A stretch of DNA of 64,000 nucleotides from the NCBI GenBank assembly GCA_963727585.1, contig CAVSHH010000003.1, forward strand, positions 1,698,493 to 1,762,492, in the 5' to 3' direction. Shown piece after piece: positions 46,726-56,439 of the stretch. The DNA comes from an uncultured Chloroflexia bacterium (GTDB lineage: Bacteria > Chloroflexota > Limnocylindria > Limnocylindrales > CSP1-4). Numbering within the stretch: position 1 is the stretch's first letter; each line of letters opens with the position of its first letter. The translations under genes and the position numbers were made by a program. The notes beneath the pieces are model-generated. The model made no database searches. It was not told the origin of the DNA and saw only the letters and a list, made by a program, of their open reading frames with translations.

Positions 46726-48215
46726 GGCTCTGCCTCCTCGAACCCGCCGGTCGCGGTGCGCCTGAGCGCGATGCCGCCCGGCGGCGGGGCCGCATCCGGC
46801 TCCGGGCGCGACGTCCGCGAGCGGGCCAGGAGGTAGACGACGAGCCAGATCGCAACCGGTCCGAGGATGACCAGGCCGCGGAAGATCCAGGTCAGCATCT
46901 CGATCGGGAGGTCGAGGTAGGCGGCAAGCACGTCGTTGCCGCCGGCCAGGGTGAGGATCGCGAACACGGACAGGATGGCGGCGCCGGTAGCCGCACGGAG
47001 CGGCAGGTCCCAGGGCCAGTCGAGCAGGTTGTGGACACCGCGGTCGCCGGTCAGGCGGCGCTCCAGGAACGGCCACACGGCGACCAGGGTGAACAGGACG
47101 CCGGGAATGACGACCCCGGGGATGAACGCGGCCGGGATGGTGATCCCGAAGATCACCGGCTCGAACGGCGGGAAGATCCGCAGGGCGCCATCCAGCCAGC
47201 CGACGTACCAGTCGGGCTGGGCCGGTGACGACACCAGGGGCGCCTCGAACGGGCCGTAGGCCCATACCGGGTTGATCTGGACCAGGCCGCCGAGGACCGC
47301 CATGACGGCCGCGGTGAGGAAGAACAGGCCGCCCGAGAGGAACGCCTGGCCGGGCCAGAAATGGCGTCCCACCACGTTGTCCTCGCGTGCCCGGCCGAGC
47401 CGGAACTGGGTGTGCTTCTGGAGGAAGACGAGGCCGACGTGTGCGGCGATGGCGCCCGCGAACAAGGCCGGCAGGAGCATCACGTGGAGGACGAAGAACC
47501 GGGGCAGGAAGGCGGCGGTGGGGAACTCCCCACCGAACACGAGCGAGGCGAGGTAGGGGCCCACGAACGGGATCGAGATCGCCGCCGAGTAGGCGATTCG
47601 GGCGCCGGTGCCGGACAGCAGGTCGTCCGGCAGCGAGTAGCCGGTGAAGCCCTCGGCCAGGGCGAACGTGAGCAGCCCGAACCCGATCAGCCAGTTGATC
47701 TCCCGCGGCCGCCGGAAGGCCCCGGTGAAGAACACCCGGGCCAGGTGCGCCACCACCACGGCCACGAACACGACCGCGGTCCAGTGGTGGACCTGGCGCA
47801 TCAGCAGGCCGGCGGTCACCTCCAGCGACAGGTGGACCACCGAGTCGTACGCCTGGGACACGATGCCACCCTGCAGCGGCTGGTACGAGCCCGAGTACGT
47901 GGTGGGCGCCGCGGACGGCACGTAGAAGAAGGTGAGGAACGTGCCCGTCGCCAGCAGGATCACGAAACAGAACAGGGCAAGCTCGCCCAGCAGGAACGAC
48001 CAGTGGTCCGGGAACACCTTGCGCAGGGTCGTCCGGGCGAGGCCGGCCAGGCCTGTCCGCTCGTCCAGCCAGCCCACCAGCCGCTCGAGCTCGGTGGGTT
48101 CGGCCGGGGCCGTGCTGTCGCCGGCAGCGGTGACACCGGCCACGGCACCATCGGTCTCGACCGCCACGGTGCGGCCCAGATCGTCCACGTGGCGGCGGCG
48201 CACGGGCCGGCTCAC
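46722..48215 (-). CDS. qcrB: Cytochrome bc1 complex cytochrome b subunit.
   Basis: Multi-TM protein with heme-ligand His pairs (RQVHHWTAVVF...). GTG start after AGGAGGA. Overlaps the qcrA stop. Confidence 0.85.
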   Translation of the reverse strand: MSRPVRRRHVDDLGRTVAVETDGAVAGVTAAGDSTAPAEPTELERLVGWLDERTGLAGLARTTLRKVFPDHWSFLLGELALFCFVILLATGTFLTFFYVPSAAPTTYSGSYQPLQGGIVSQAYDSVVHLSLEVTAGLLMRQVHHWTAVVFVAVVVAHLARVFFTGAFRRPREINWLIGFGLLTFALAEGFTGYSLPDDLLSGTGARIAYSAAISIPFVGPYLASLVFGGEFPTAAFLPRFFVLHVMLLPALFAGAIAAHVGLVFLQKHTQFRLGRAREDNVVGRHFWPGQAFLSGGLFFLTAAVMAVLGGLVQINPVWAYGPFEAPLVSSPAQPDWYVGWLDGALRIFPPFEPVIFGITIPAAFIPGVVIPGVLFTLVAVWPFLERRLTGDRGVHNLLDWPWDLPLRAATGAAILSVFAILTLAGGNDVLAAYLDLPIEMLTWIFRGLVILGPVAIWLVVYLLARSRTSRPEPDAAPPPGGIALRRTATGGFEEAEP

Positions 48216-49132
48216 CCGTTGTCCTCCTGGCCCAGTCGCAGGTCCCAGAACGACGGGCCCACCGGCTCGCTGAAGTCGTCGAGGGCGACAAAGGTGCCAT
48301 CCGCCGCCCGCCGGATCGGCAGCTGCGGCAGGGGACGCACGGCCGGACCGAAGGTCGGCACGGCCCCGTGGAGCACGTCGAAGGTGGACTGGTGGCAGGG
48401 GCAGATGAGCTCACCCTGCGAGGCCCGGTACAGCCCGACCGGGCAGCCCGCATGGGTGCACACCTTGGAGTAGACGACGAACCCGTCCGGGGCGCCTGCC
48501 GCGGCCTGGCCGGTGAGGGCGAGCCGGTCCGCGCCCGCGTGAATAAGGAGCGCCTGGCCGTCCGCGCTGCCCGGCGATCCCTCGGGGAACACGGTCACCA
48601 CGCCGTCGGGTGGGACCAGGTCTGCCCTGACCGGCTCGCCGTCATAGCCGACCAGCCGCAGGCCGCGCTTCCAAGGCGTCTCGAACAGGCTGCGGCCCGG
48701 TGCCGGTCCGAGCGACAGCACCGGGATCGCGAGCGCCGCCGCCAGCCCGCCCAGCGCTCCCACCAGCCCGGCCTGGAGCACTCGGCGCCGGCTGAAGCCT
48801 GCCTCATCAGTGAGCGCGTCCACGACCGCCTCGTTGCTCGCGGGTCCACCACCGAGCGGATGTCGCTCCTCCACCTGAGGCTCGCCGGACATCAGCTCCT
48901 GCGCCCACAGCACGATCCCCGCCCCCAGCCCGCCGAGCGCGATCGCCAGCAGGACCCCCTCGAGCTGGGTGTTGCCGCCCAGCGCGTAGAGGGTCAGCAG
49001 CCCGAGCCCGCTGAGCGCGGTCAGCCCGAAACAGGCCAGGACGACGCGTTCCGCGCGACGGTCGTGGTCCGGAGGTGGAGTGGGACGGCCACTCGGCGTC
49101 GTCCGCTCCGGATCGACGGGCACTCCGCTCAC
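48212..49132 (-). CDS. qcrA: Rieske iron-sulfur protein of the bc1 complex.
   Basis: CTHAGC...CPCH Rieske boxes and N-terminal TM helices. Confidence 0.85.
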   Translation of the reverse strand: MSGVPVDPERTTPSGRPTPPPDHDRRAERVVLACFGLTALSGLGLLTLYALGGNTQLEGVLLAIALGGLGAGIVLWAQELMSGEPQVEERHPLGGGPASNEAVVDALTDEAGFSRRRVLQAGLVGALGGLAAALAIPVLSLGPAPGRSLFETPWKRGLRLVGYDGEPVRADLVPPDGVVTVFPEGSPGSADGQALLIHAGADRLALTGQAAAGAPDGFVVYSKVCTHAGCPVGLYRASQGELICPCHQSTFDVLHGAVPTFGPAVRPLPQLPIRRAADGTFVALDDFSEPVGPSFWDLRLGQEDNG

Positions 49133-50058
49133 GCCAGCCCCCCGTCAGCGCCGCCATCGGCGGCCGGCGGTCCGGCGCCAGCGCGAGGTCCGGGTCGCCT
49201 CGTGGAGGGCTCGGGGGCCTCGCCGCCCTCGGACCCATGACGAGCGACGAACAGCGAGACGAGCAGGAGCAGCGGCAGTCCGACGGCGACCGCGACGAAG
49301 CCCTCGGCGACGGGCCCGGTCTGCCCGATCGCGGCGCCTCCCGGCGTGGGGGCGTCCTGGAGCCAGGACACGTACGTGGTGAGGTCGGCCAGCTCCTGCG
49401 GGTTGAAGTCGAACACGGGCATCGCGCCGGGACCGATGACGGTGGCCTCGGCGACGGTGGTCGTCGTGGCCTGTCCGAGGTCGACCGCCACGAACCCGCC
49501 ACCGATGGCATTGCCCGCGCCGGTCGCGTTGTGGCATGCGGCGCAGTTGGCCTGGAACAGCTCCCAGCCGCGGTGCACGTCGCCTCCTCCCTGCACCTGC
49601 GGGATCGCGGGTCCGGCTCCAAGCGAGGCGACATACGCGACCAGCGCCTCGATCTCCGGGTCGTCGAAGCGCGGCGGCTGGCGGACGGCCTGCTGGTCGG
49701 GCGCCGACAATGGCATCCGGCCGGTCCGCAGGTAGAAGTCGGCAGACGCCGCGCCCACGCCGACCAGCGACGGACCGCTCGGTCCGCCGGCGCCCTGCGG
49801 TCCATGGCAGGCGGCGCAGTTGGCCGTGTACAGGCCGCGACCGGCCTCGATCACGGCGGTGTCGGCAGCCAGCCAGCCGGTCGTCGTGCCGGCCCGGGCA
49901 TCGGGCGGCGAAGGGGTCATCGACACCACGGCACCGGCCCCCACCGCGAGCGCCGCCAGCGCCAGCCAGCCGGCCAGTCCCGTGCGGGCCATCCCGCGCC
50001 TCGCGCGCGGCGTCGGGCGCGCACCCCCGGGCACGCGGCCGACGCCCGGGCGGGTCAT
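49129..50058 (-). CDS. qcrC: Diheme cytochrome c subunit of the bc1 complex.
   Basis: Two CAACH heme-binding motifs and a C-terminal TM helix. The start is possibly at the internal Met at 49992. Confidence 0.8.
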   Translation of the reverse strand: MTRPGVGRVPGGARPTPRARRGMARTGLAGWLALAALAVGAGAVVSMTPSPPDARAGTTTGWLAADTAVIEAGRGLYTANCAACHGPQGAGGPSGPSLVGVGAASADFYLRTGRMPLSAPDQQAVRQPPRFDDPEIEALVAYVASLGAGPAIPQVQGGGDVHRGWELFQANCAACHNATGAGNAIGGGFVAVDLGQATTTTVAEATVIGPGAMPVFDFNPQELADLTTYVSWLQDAPTPGGAAIGQTGPVAEGFVAVAVGLPLLLLVSLFVARHGSEGGEAPEPSTRRPGPRAGAGPPAADGGADGGLA

Positions 50059-50079
50059 GGGCGCGCTACCGTTGGAGCC

Positions 50080-50460
50080 ATGGAGGTGATCGCGTCAGCG
50101 CTCGCGGTACTGCACGCCTGGGTGGCGACAGCGGTCGCCGTCGTTGCCGGCGTGCTGGTCGTCGTGGGCCTGCTCGACAGCCTGAGGATCATCGCCGCAC
50201 GGCACTGGCTGGACCGGCTGGTGCTGCTCCTCGTGGCCGGGGTGCTCGTCGCGGTGCTGCTGGGGCCCCCGGTGTTCATCGGTGTTCGTCCCCCGTCCGA
50301 CCCGCTGCACTTCCTGTACGCGGCCCTCGCCCTCGGCTCCGTCCCCGCGCTCCGCTTCGTCGCCCACCGGCGACGGTCTGCCCGGCTCGGGGGCTGGCTT
50401 GCGGTGGGCGGCCTGATCACGCTGGGGACGCTCCTTCGACTATGGGCGACCGGGGGCTAG
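50080..50460 (+). CDS. Hypothetical small membrane protein (126 aa, 3-4 TM).
   Basis: TTGGAG RBS, then ATG. Hydrophobic helices. Divergent from qcrC. Confidence 0.4.
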   Translation: MEVIASALAVLHAWVATAVAVVAGVLVVVGLLDSLRIIAARHWLDRLVLLLVAGVLVAVLLGPPVFIGVRPPSDPLHFLYAALALGSVPALRFVAHRRRSARLGGWLAVGGLITLGTLLRLWATGG

Positions 50461-50845
50461 CTGCCCGGCACGTGTCGGAGGGGAATGGGGAGGGGCAGCA
50501 CCGCCCGACCATGGCCGGCATTGTGCCACACGGCAGGTTGCCGGTCGGCCGGATGGCGCATTGCAGCGGCCTTGCATCGGCATACAGCACCGGCCGCGAT
50601 CCCGACCCGAGGGCCCGTGCCCGCGGCATCCGCGCACCCGTGGAGATGCCGCTGCCCGGGAAATCCACCCCCGTGGCTCGATGCCGGAGTGGCACACGGC
50701 TGCAAGCGCGCCCGCGGTCCGTGTAGCCGCCGCGACCTGACGGTCCGTTCAGGGTTGGCCAGCAACCAAGTCCGGTCCCGAGCAGCCAAGCGCGGTCCCG
50801 GATCGGCACGCTGGAGGGCGTGCCTGCCCAAGGGAGGAAACACGG

Positions 50846-51127
50846 ATGAGCATCATCGCCTGGATCGTCCTCGGCGCCATCGCCGGCTGGCTGGCCGGCC
50901 TCCTGGTCCGGGGTGACGAAGGACTCGGCATCATCGGACACATCCTGCTCGGGATCGTCGGCGCGCTCGTCGGCGGCTTCCTGGCCGGCCTGGTGTTCAA
51001 CACCAATCCAATCGATGGGGCGCTCGACATCTCGTCGATCGTCACCGCGGTCATCGGCGCGGTCATCGTCGTCCTCGTGGTCGGAATGATCCGAGGTGGT
51101 ACCCGCACCGGCCGCGGCGTCATGTAG
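50846..51127 (+). CDS. GlsB/YeaQ/YmgE family stress-response membrane protein.
   Basis: AAGGGAGGAAA RBS. MSIIAWIVLGAIAGWLAGLLV...GIIGHILLGIVGALVGGFLAGLVF, the typical family sequence. Confidence 0.85.
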   Translation: MSIIAWIVLGAIAGWLAGLLVRGDEGLGIIGHILLGIVGALVGGFLAGLVFNTNPIDGALDISSIVTAVIGAVIVVLVVGMIRGGTRTGRGVM

Positions 51128-51305
51128 GGCATGGCCATCTCTCCCGGATGCCCGCCGGCAGGCTCGCCGGCGGGCATCATGTGTTCCGGGTCACCCGGCG
51201 GCCCCGGGGCATCCGGCCCCGCCACGCGGCGCGCCCCCGGCATGCCGCCCAGCAGGCGATGATCGGCGCCGGGCCTTCGCCGGCATCCATGAACTGGAGC
51301 CCGCC

Positions 51306-51710
51306 ATGACGGTGTACGTGCACACCAGCGCACTCGTGCTGGCTGCCTCCGACGCCGGACCCGGCAGGCCCGCGACGGCCAGGCCACTGAACCCGGGGGC
51401 GGCTGAGGCGCTGGGGCGCCTTGCCGCGGCCGGCTTCGACATCGCCATCGTCGGAGAGCAAGCGGCGCCGCTGCCCGATGAGCTCGCCTCAATCCACCGC
51501 GCGGCGGAGCTCCCCGACCCGCTCGAAACCGGCTCCTGGTTCCTCACCGGGGAGCCGAACCCTGCGAGCCGCCTCCCGCGGGGAGGGACCACCGTGCTTG
51601 TCGGGCCCCGGCCGCCCGATGGCCGGATCCCGCTGCCCCGGTTCGACATGACCGCCCGGGACATCGCGTCGGCGGCGATGGAGGTCCTCCTTCGCGACGC
51701 GATGGCCTGA
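51306..51710 (+). CDS. Hypothetical protein (134 aa).
   Basis: GGAG RBS 7 nt upstream. Amino-acid composition is non-repetitive. Confidence 0.4.
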   Translation: MTVYVHTSALVLAASDAGPGRPATARPLNPGAAEALGRLAAAGFDIAIVGEQAAPLPDELASIHRAAELPDPLETGSWFLTGEPNPASRLPRGGTTVLVGPRPPDGRIPLPRFDMTARDIASAAMEVLLRDAMA

Positions 51711-51856
51711 CCCGACCGGCACCGGGACCCCCGTCACGCCTCTAGGACCTTGTCACACCACCGCAAGCCCGCGCGACGCCGGGTTGCGCGGCGGGCAAGT
51801 CGGGGGCCTGCAGGCTGGCCATGGGGTGGTCCTCGATCACTGGGGGTCCGGGGACC

Positions 51857-51897
51857 ACCCCGTTCCCTGCGGGCCACCCCTCGTTCCCTGCGGGCAC
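51857..51897. repeat. 20-bp tandem repeat (cgttccctgcgggc(c)accc, two copies) followed by the palindrome ctgccagcggcag.
   Basis: Read directly, inside the lower-GC spacer. Confidence 0.85.
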
Positions 51898-52055
51898 CCG
51901 TTACCTGCCAGCGGCAGCACGCACGCTCCCCACCGTCACCCTGGGAACGCTCCGAAATGGGTTCGTCATGTGCGCCCGCTCGCTTTTGACGCCGGGAATG
52001 CACGCCAGCCCCTACGGTTCCTGTGCGTCCCCTGGAGGGACGCAGCGACCGACTC

Positions 52056-52141
52056 AATTCCTCATTCGGAAACGCTTGTGACGGGGCGTTTCCGGCTCCC
52101 TCGCCGCGAACCGCCGGAGCCCCCCTCCTCCGGCGGTTCGT
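52056..52141 (+). ncRNA. Candidate structured RNA element: two adjacent strong hairpins, the second with a C-rich loop. It could be a 6C-like sRNA, a leader, or terminators.
   Basis: Hairpin 1: tcggaaacgc / gcgtttccgg, 10-bp stem. Hairpin 2: cgaaccgccggag cccccctc ctccggcggttcg, 13-bp perfect stem with a CCCCCC-containing loop. Both lie in a 577-bp lower-GC intergenic region. Confidence 0.3.
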
Positions 52142-52287
52142 GGTGTCTCGGCGCTGGGCGAGCGCGCGCGTCGGTGCAAGCGGCCTGCAACTCAGACCGC
52201 TCGGCGGAACAGACCAGGCGACATCGAACCGCCGGTAGGGTCGGTACCCGGCGATGACAGCAGTCATCGCGCGACGAGGAGGTTCCC

Positions 52288-52494
52288 ATGAGCGAGATCA
52301 AGAAGACCGGCCGTGAGATCGGCACCGACGCCCAGGAGGCGAGGCGCAACGCCGATGGCGAGGACCTGTCGGACAAGCTCGCCAACACGGGTGACGAGAT
52401 CCGCAAGAATCTCGAGAACGCCGGCGACGACATCCAGGATGCCGCCGACGACGCCAAGGACAAGATCGGCCACGACTCGTCCAACGCGAGCTGA
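52288..52494 (+). CDS. Small hydrophilic stress protein (CsbD-like / general stress protein, 68 aa).
   Basis: GAGGAGG RBS. Charged low-complexity sequence MSEIKKTGREIGTDAQEARRNADGEDLSDKLANTGDEIRKNLENAGDDIQDAADDAKDKIGHD. Confidence 0.7.
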   Translation: MSEIKKTGREIGTDAQEARRNADGEDLSDKLANTGDEIRKNLENAGDDIQDAADDAKDKIGHDSSNAS

Positions 52495-52850
52495 GCCTGT
52501 AAGGTCGCTGCAACGGAAGTGCAACGACCAGGAAGCGGGGCGCGAGCCGGTCAACCGTAGACTGGTGCGGCCTCACCAACCGATTGGATCCAACACGGTC
52601 GTGCCTGTGACGGGGCCGGCCCCCTCCAACGCCGCACGATCCGGTCCCCTCCCGGGTCGTGCGGCGTTCTTGTTGTCCGGCGTTCCTCGTGTCCGGCGCC
52701 CGCGCGGCCAGCACACCCGGACGGGGCGCCCAGCACGATCGTGACAACCTGCAACGCGCCGGCTCCACCGGACATCCATCGCCGCAACGTGCCACGGGAC
52801 ACCATTCGCGGCAGCCCGGCCGCGGTGGCCCGGGAACCGAACCGACGGGG

Positions 52851-53897
52851 ATGCAATCCATGCCAGTGGCATCCGCTTCCCGGCCGGCGTCGGACCGTTC
52901 TCGGTCCCGGCGCTCGCGGCCCGAAGGGTCGTCCTCTACGGACGATCCGATCATCGTTCTCGAGGGCGCCAGCCGTGACTACGGCAACGGCGCCGGCGTG
53001 TTCGACCTGGACCTCGAGGTCCGGCCGGGCACAATCCTCGGCATCGTGGGTCCGTCCGGTGCGGGCAAGACGACGGCCATCCGCCTGATCACCGGGGCAC
53101 TCGACCCGAGCGCCGGACGGGCCCGGGTCATGGGTGAGGACCCGAGGCGCTTCCGGCGAGCCACTCGCGAGTGCATCGGCTACATGCCGCAGCTGTTCAG
53201 CCTGTACCCGGACCTCACGGCGGACGAGAACGTCGACTTCGTGGCCAGCCTGTTCGGTCTGCTCGCGCCCCGGCGCCGGCAGCGCGTGCGCGAGGTGCTG
53301 GAGCTGGTCAAGCTGTGGCCCGAGCGGGACCGGCGCGCGGGCCGCCTGTCGGGCGGGATGCAGCGGCGCCTCGAGCTCGCATCGGCTTTGGTGCACGAAC
53401 CCAGCCTGCTGGTCCTCGACGAGCCGACCGCCGGCATCGACCCGCTGCTGCGCAAGGCGATCTGGGAGGAGCTGGACCGCCTCAAGGCCGATGGCCGGAC
53501 GATCCTGGTCACGACCCAGTACGTGACCGAGGCCGAGGGTTGCGACGACGTCGCCCTGATCGTCGATGGCCGGCTGCTCGCGCTGGGGACCCCGGGCGAG
53601 CTCCGCCAGCAGGCGGCGGGCGGCGACATCGTGGAAGGCACGACGGCAAAGCCGTTCGATCCGGCCCCGCTGGCCGATCAGCCCGGCATCCGGGAAGCAA
53701 CCAGCACCGGCCTCCGGTCATTCCGGGTCGTGGCGGACGACGCCGGCACCACCGTGCCCGCGCTGGACGACCTGGTCGCCGAGCGCGGTGGCCAGCTGGT
53801 CTCGGCGCACGAGGTCCACCTGACGTTCGACGAAGTGTTCACGACGCTGGTCGCCCGTCATCACCAGGGCGGTGCATCGCCCGAGGCCGCGGCGTGA
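52851..53897 (+). CDS. ABC transporter ATP-binding protein.
   Basis: GPSGAGKTT, LSGGMQRRL, LVLDEPTAGID. ATG at 52851 chosen inside the longer track ORF. Confidence 0.9.
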   Translation: MQSMPVASASRPASDRSRSRRSRPEGSSSTDDPIIVLEGASRDYGNGAGVFDLDLEVRPGTILGIVGPSGAGKTTAIRLITGALDPSAGRARVMGEDPRRFRRATRECIGYMPQLFSLYPDLTADENVDFVASLFGLLAPRRRQRVREVLELVKLWPERDRRAGRLSGGMQRRLELASALVHEPSLLVLDEPTAGIDPLLRKAIWEELDRLKADGRTILVTTQYVTEAEGCDDVALIVDGRLLALGTPGELRQQAAGGDIVEGTTAKPFDPAPLADQPGIREATSTGLRSFRVVADDAGTTVPALDDLVAERGGQLVSAHEVHLTFDEVFTTLVARHHQGGASPEAAA

Positions 53898-55096
53898 CGA
53901 TCCTGCTCGAGCTGGCCAAGATCGGCAACCGCCTGCTGGCATTCGTCGGCCGCGAGCTGGTCGAGGTCCGCCGGCGTCCCGGGGCGCTGGTCTCGCTGGT
54001 CTTTGGCCCGTTCCTGGTGATGGCCGTGTTCGGGCTGGGCTACAACGGCTATCGCAAGCCCCTCAGCACGGTTGTCGTGGTGCCACCGGACTCGGGCCTG
54101 CCGGCTGACGTGGCGACATACCGGGACATCGCCGGCGCGGGCATCGAGATCGTGGAGGTGATGCGTGACGCCCGGCTGGCTGCCCAACGACTCGAGGACG
54201 GCGAGGTGGAGGTGGTGGCCGTCGCCCCCGAGAACGCGCTCGCCACGTTCAAGGCGGGCCAGCAATCGGTGATCCAGGTCCAGATCGACATCGCGGATCC
54301 GGTACAGGCCGCCTGGGCGGCGCTCATGGCGAACCAGCTCGCCAGCGCGGTCAATCGGGACGTCATCGAACGGGCGGCGGCGGAGAGCCAGGACAGCGCC
54401 AGCCAGCGTGGGATTCCGGGGGCAGGACGGATCCCGCCCGCCGTGGTCGCCGCACCGACCCGGGCCGAGGTGGACAACCTTGCCCCCACCGTGCCCAGCG
54501 TGATCGGGTTCTTCGGTCCTGCCGTGCTGGCCCTCGTCCTCCAGCACATGGCCGTGACCCTGATCGCTCTGTCGGTGGTCCGCGACCGGATGAGCGGCGC
54601 GATCGAGCTGTTCCGGGTCTCCCCCGTCTCGTCGATCGAGGTGGTGGCCGGCAAGATCCTGGGCTTCGGCGCGCTGTGCGCGGCGATCGCGGTGGCCAGC
54701 CTGCTGCTGATGGTGTTCGGGCTCCAGGTCCCGATGCTGGGCTCGCCCGCGCTGCTGGCCGGGGTCGTCGCGCTGCTGATCCTGGCCTCGCTCGGGATCG
54801 GGCTCCTGATCTCGATCGTGTCCGACTCCGAGCGGCAGGCGGTGCAGTTGTCGCTGCTGGTCCTGCTGGCATCGGTGTTCTTCTCGGGCTTCGTGCTGCC
54901 GATCTCGGAGTTCAACGCCCCGGTGCGCACCGCCGCCTACGCCATCCCGGTGACCAGCGGCATCGACCTGATGCAGGACGTGATGCTGCGCGGCGAGATC
55001 CGCGAGCCGTGGCAGGTCGCCCTGCTGGCGGGGATCGGCGGGATCCTGCTGCTCCTCTGCTGGATCCTGCTGCGCCGGTCGATGCGGCACGCCTGA
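53894..55096 (+). CDS. ABC-2 family transporter permease.
   Basis: GTG start overlapping the ATPase stop (GTGA). Multi-TM protein. Confidence 0.75.
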   Translation: MTILLELAKIGNRLLAFVGRELVEVRRRPGALVSLVFGPFLVMAVFGLGYNGYRKPLSTVVVVPPDSGLPADVATYRDIAGAGIEIVEVMRDARLAAQRLEDGEVEVVAVAPENALATFKAGQQSVIQVQIDIADPVQAAWAALMANQLASAVNRDVIERAAAESQDSASQRGIPGAGRIPPAVVAAPTRAEVDNLAPTVPSVIGFFGPAVLALVLQHMAVTLIALSVVRDRMSGAIELFRVSPVSSIEVVAGKILGFGALCAAIAVASLLLMVFGLQVPMLGSPALLAGVVALLILASLGIGLLISIVSDSERQAVQLSLLVLLASVFFSGFVLPISEFNAPVRTAAYAIPVTSGIDLMQDVMLRGEIREPWQVALLAGIGGILLLLCWILLRRSMRHA

Positions 55097-55138
55097 CCCC
55101 CGCCGTGGCCTCGGCGCAGCCCCGCTCTCGGAGCCGGA

Positions 55139-56407
55139 TCAGCCGAGCAGCGCGAGCGACGCGGCGCTCGCGGCCACGACCACCACCGGCGGCACGCGGC
55201 GCGAGAGCAGAGCGACCGACCCCAGCGCGGCCACCAGCGTGGCCGTGACCGAGGTCAGCCCCCCGGTCGCGACCGGGTTCACGAGGGCCGCCCCGAGGAT
55301 CCCGACCACCGCCGCGTTGACCCCGGCGAGAGCGGCCGCCATCCCCGTCCTCGCACGCAGCCAGGCGATCGCGGGTAGGGCGGCAAGGACCAGCAGCGCA
55401 CCCGGCAGGAAGAGGGCGGCCAGGGCCAGGACCGAGCCGGCGATGCCACCTGGACCGGAGGAGGACACCGCGCCCAGGTAGGCGGCGAACGAGAACAGCG
55501 GGCCGGGGACCGCCTGTGCCGCCCCGTACCCGGCCAGGAACGCGTCGTTCCCGACCCAGCCCGGCTCCACGACCCCGGTGTCGAGCAGCGGCAGGACGAC
55601 ATGGCCGCCCCCGAACACCAGCGCGCCCGCGCGGACCAGGGCGGCGAGGAAGCCGAGCTCGGGACGGCCGGCGATCCAGGCGACGAGCTGGCTTGCGACG
55701 AGCAGCGCCACCCATGCCGTCAGCAGGACGGCGGCGGTTCGACGGCCTCCCGCGCGAGTCGTCACCGGATCGGGCTCCGCGACGCCCCCGGCGCCGGCGG
55801 TTGCGTGCTGCCCGGGCGGGATGGGCGCGACCAGCCCGCGCAGCCCGAGCAAGCCCACGATCCCGCCGGCGCCGATCATCAGCGGCTGGACGAGCGGAAT
55901 CGGCACGGCAAGGGCGACAACCCCGGCCGCGACCGCCATGCCCGCCCGCGGCAGATCCGGCGTCAGCCGGCGGGCCATCGTCACCACGGCCTGGAGGACG
56001 ATCGCCACGGCGGCCGCCTTGAGCCCGGCGATGGCGCCCGCGACCGGCCCGGCCTCGGGGATGGTCCCGCCGGCGACCACGATCCCCAGGGCCGCCATCA
56101 GGACCGCGCTGGGCAGGGTGAACCCGATCCACGCCGCGAGCGCCCCGGACCACCCTCCGCGGAGGCGCCCGACGGCGATCATGACCTGGCTGCTTGCCGG
56201 CCCGGGAAGCGCTTGGCCGAGCGCGACCAGCTCGCCGAACGCCTCCTCGTCGAGCCAGCCGAGGCGGTCGACAAAGGTCCGTCGCTGGTAGCCGATGTGG
56301 GCGATCGGGCCGCCGAACGAGGTCAGACCGAGACGCAGCGTGACGGCCAGCACCTCGAGCCAGCGGGGGCGTGGTCCTCGCGACCGACCGCTCACGACAG
56401 CTGACAC
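55139..56407 (-). CDS. chrA: Chromate transporter (ChrA, duplicated-domain long form).
   Basis: Two copies of GLTSFGGPIAHIGY / LVFGGGHVVLPLL-type CHR motifs. GTG start at 56407. Confidence 0.8.
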   Translation of the reverse strand: MSAVVSGRSRGPRPRWLEVLAVTLRLGLTSFGGPIAHIGYQRRTFVDRLGWLDEEAFGELVALGQALPGPASSQVMIAVGRLRGGWSGALAAWIGFTLPSAVLMAALGIVVAGGTIPEAGPVAGAIAGLKAAAVAIVLQAVVTMARRLTPDLPRAGMAVAAGVVALAVPIPLVQPLMIGAGGIVGLLGLRGLVAPIPPGQHATAGAGGVAEPDPVTTRAGGRRTAAVLLTAWVALLVASQLVAWIAGRPELGFLAALVRAGALVFGGGHVVLPLLDTGVVEPGWVGNDAFLAGYGAAQAVPGPLFSFAAYLGAVSSSGPGGIAGSVLALAALFLPGALLVLAALPAIAWLRARTGMAAALAGVNAAVVGILGAALVNPVATGGLTSVTATLVAALGSVALLSRRVPPVVVVAASAASLALLG

Positions 56408-56439
56408 ATCCCGGGGATCCTGGGGAGCGGGCCGCGATC

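Noticed and set aside
51711-52287. tmRNA, RNase P RNA or SRP RNA in the 577-bp lower-GC spacer.
   Set aside because: None of their hallmarks is present: no GGGGCUG...UCGAC 5' end or ANDENYALAA tag ORF, no RNase P GGAAAGUCCGG / AGGGUGAAA motifs, and no SRP GGUGCUGUUUACCAGG motif.
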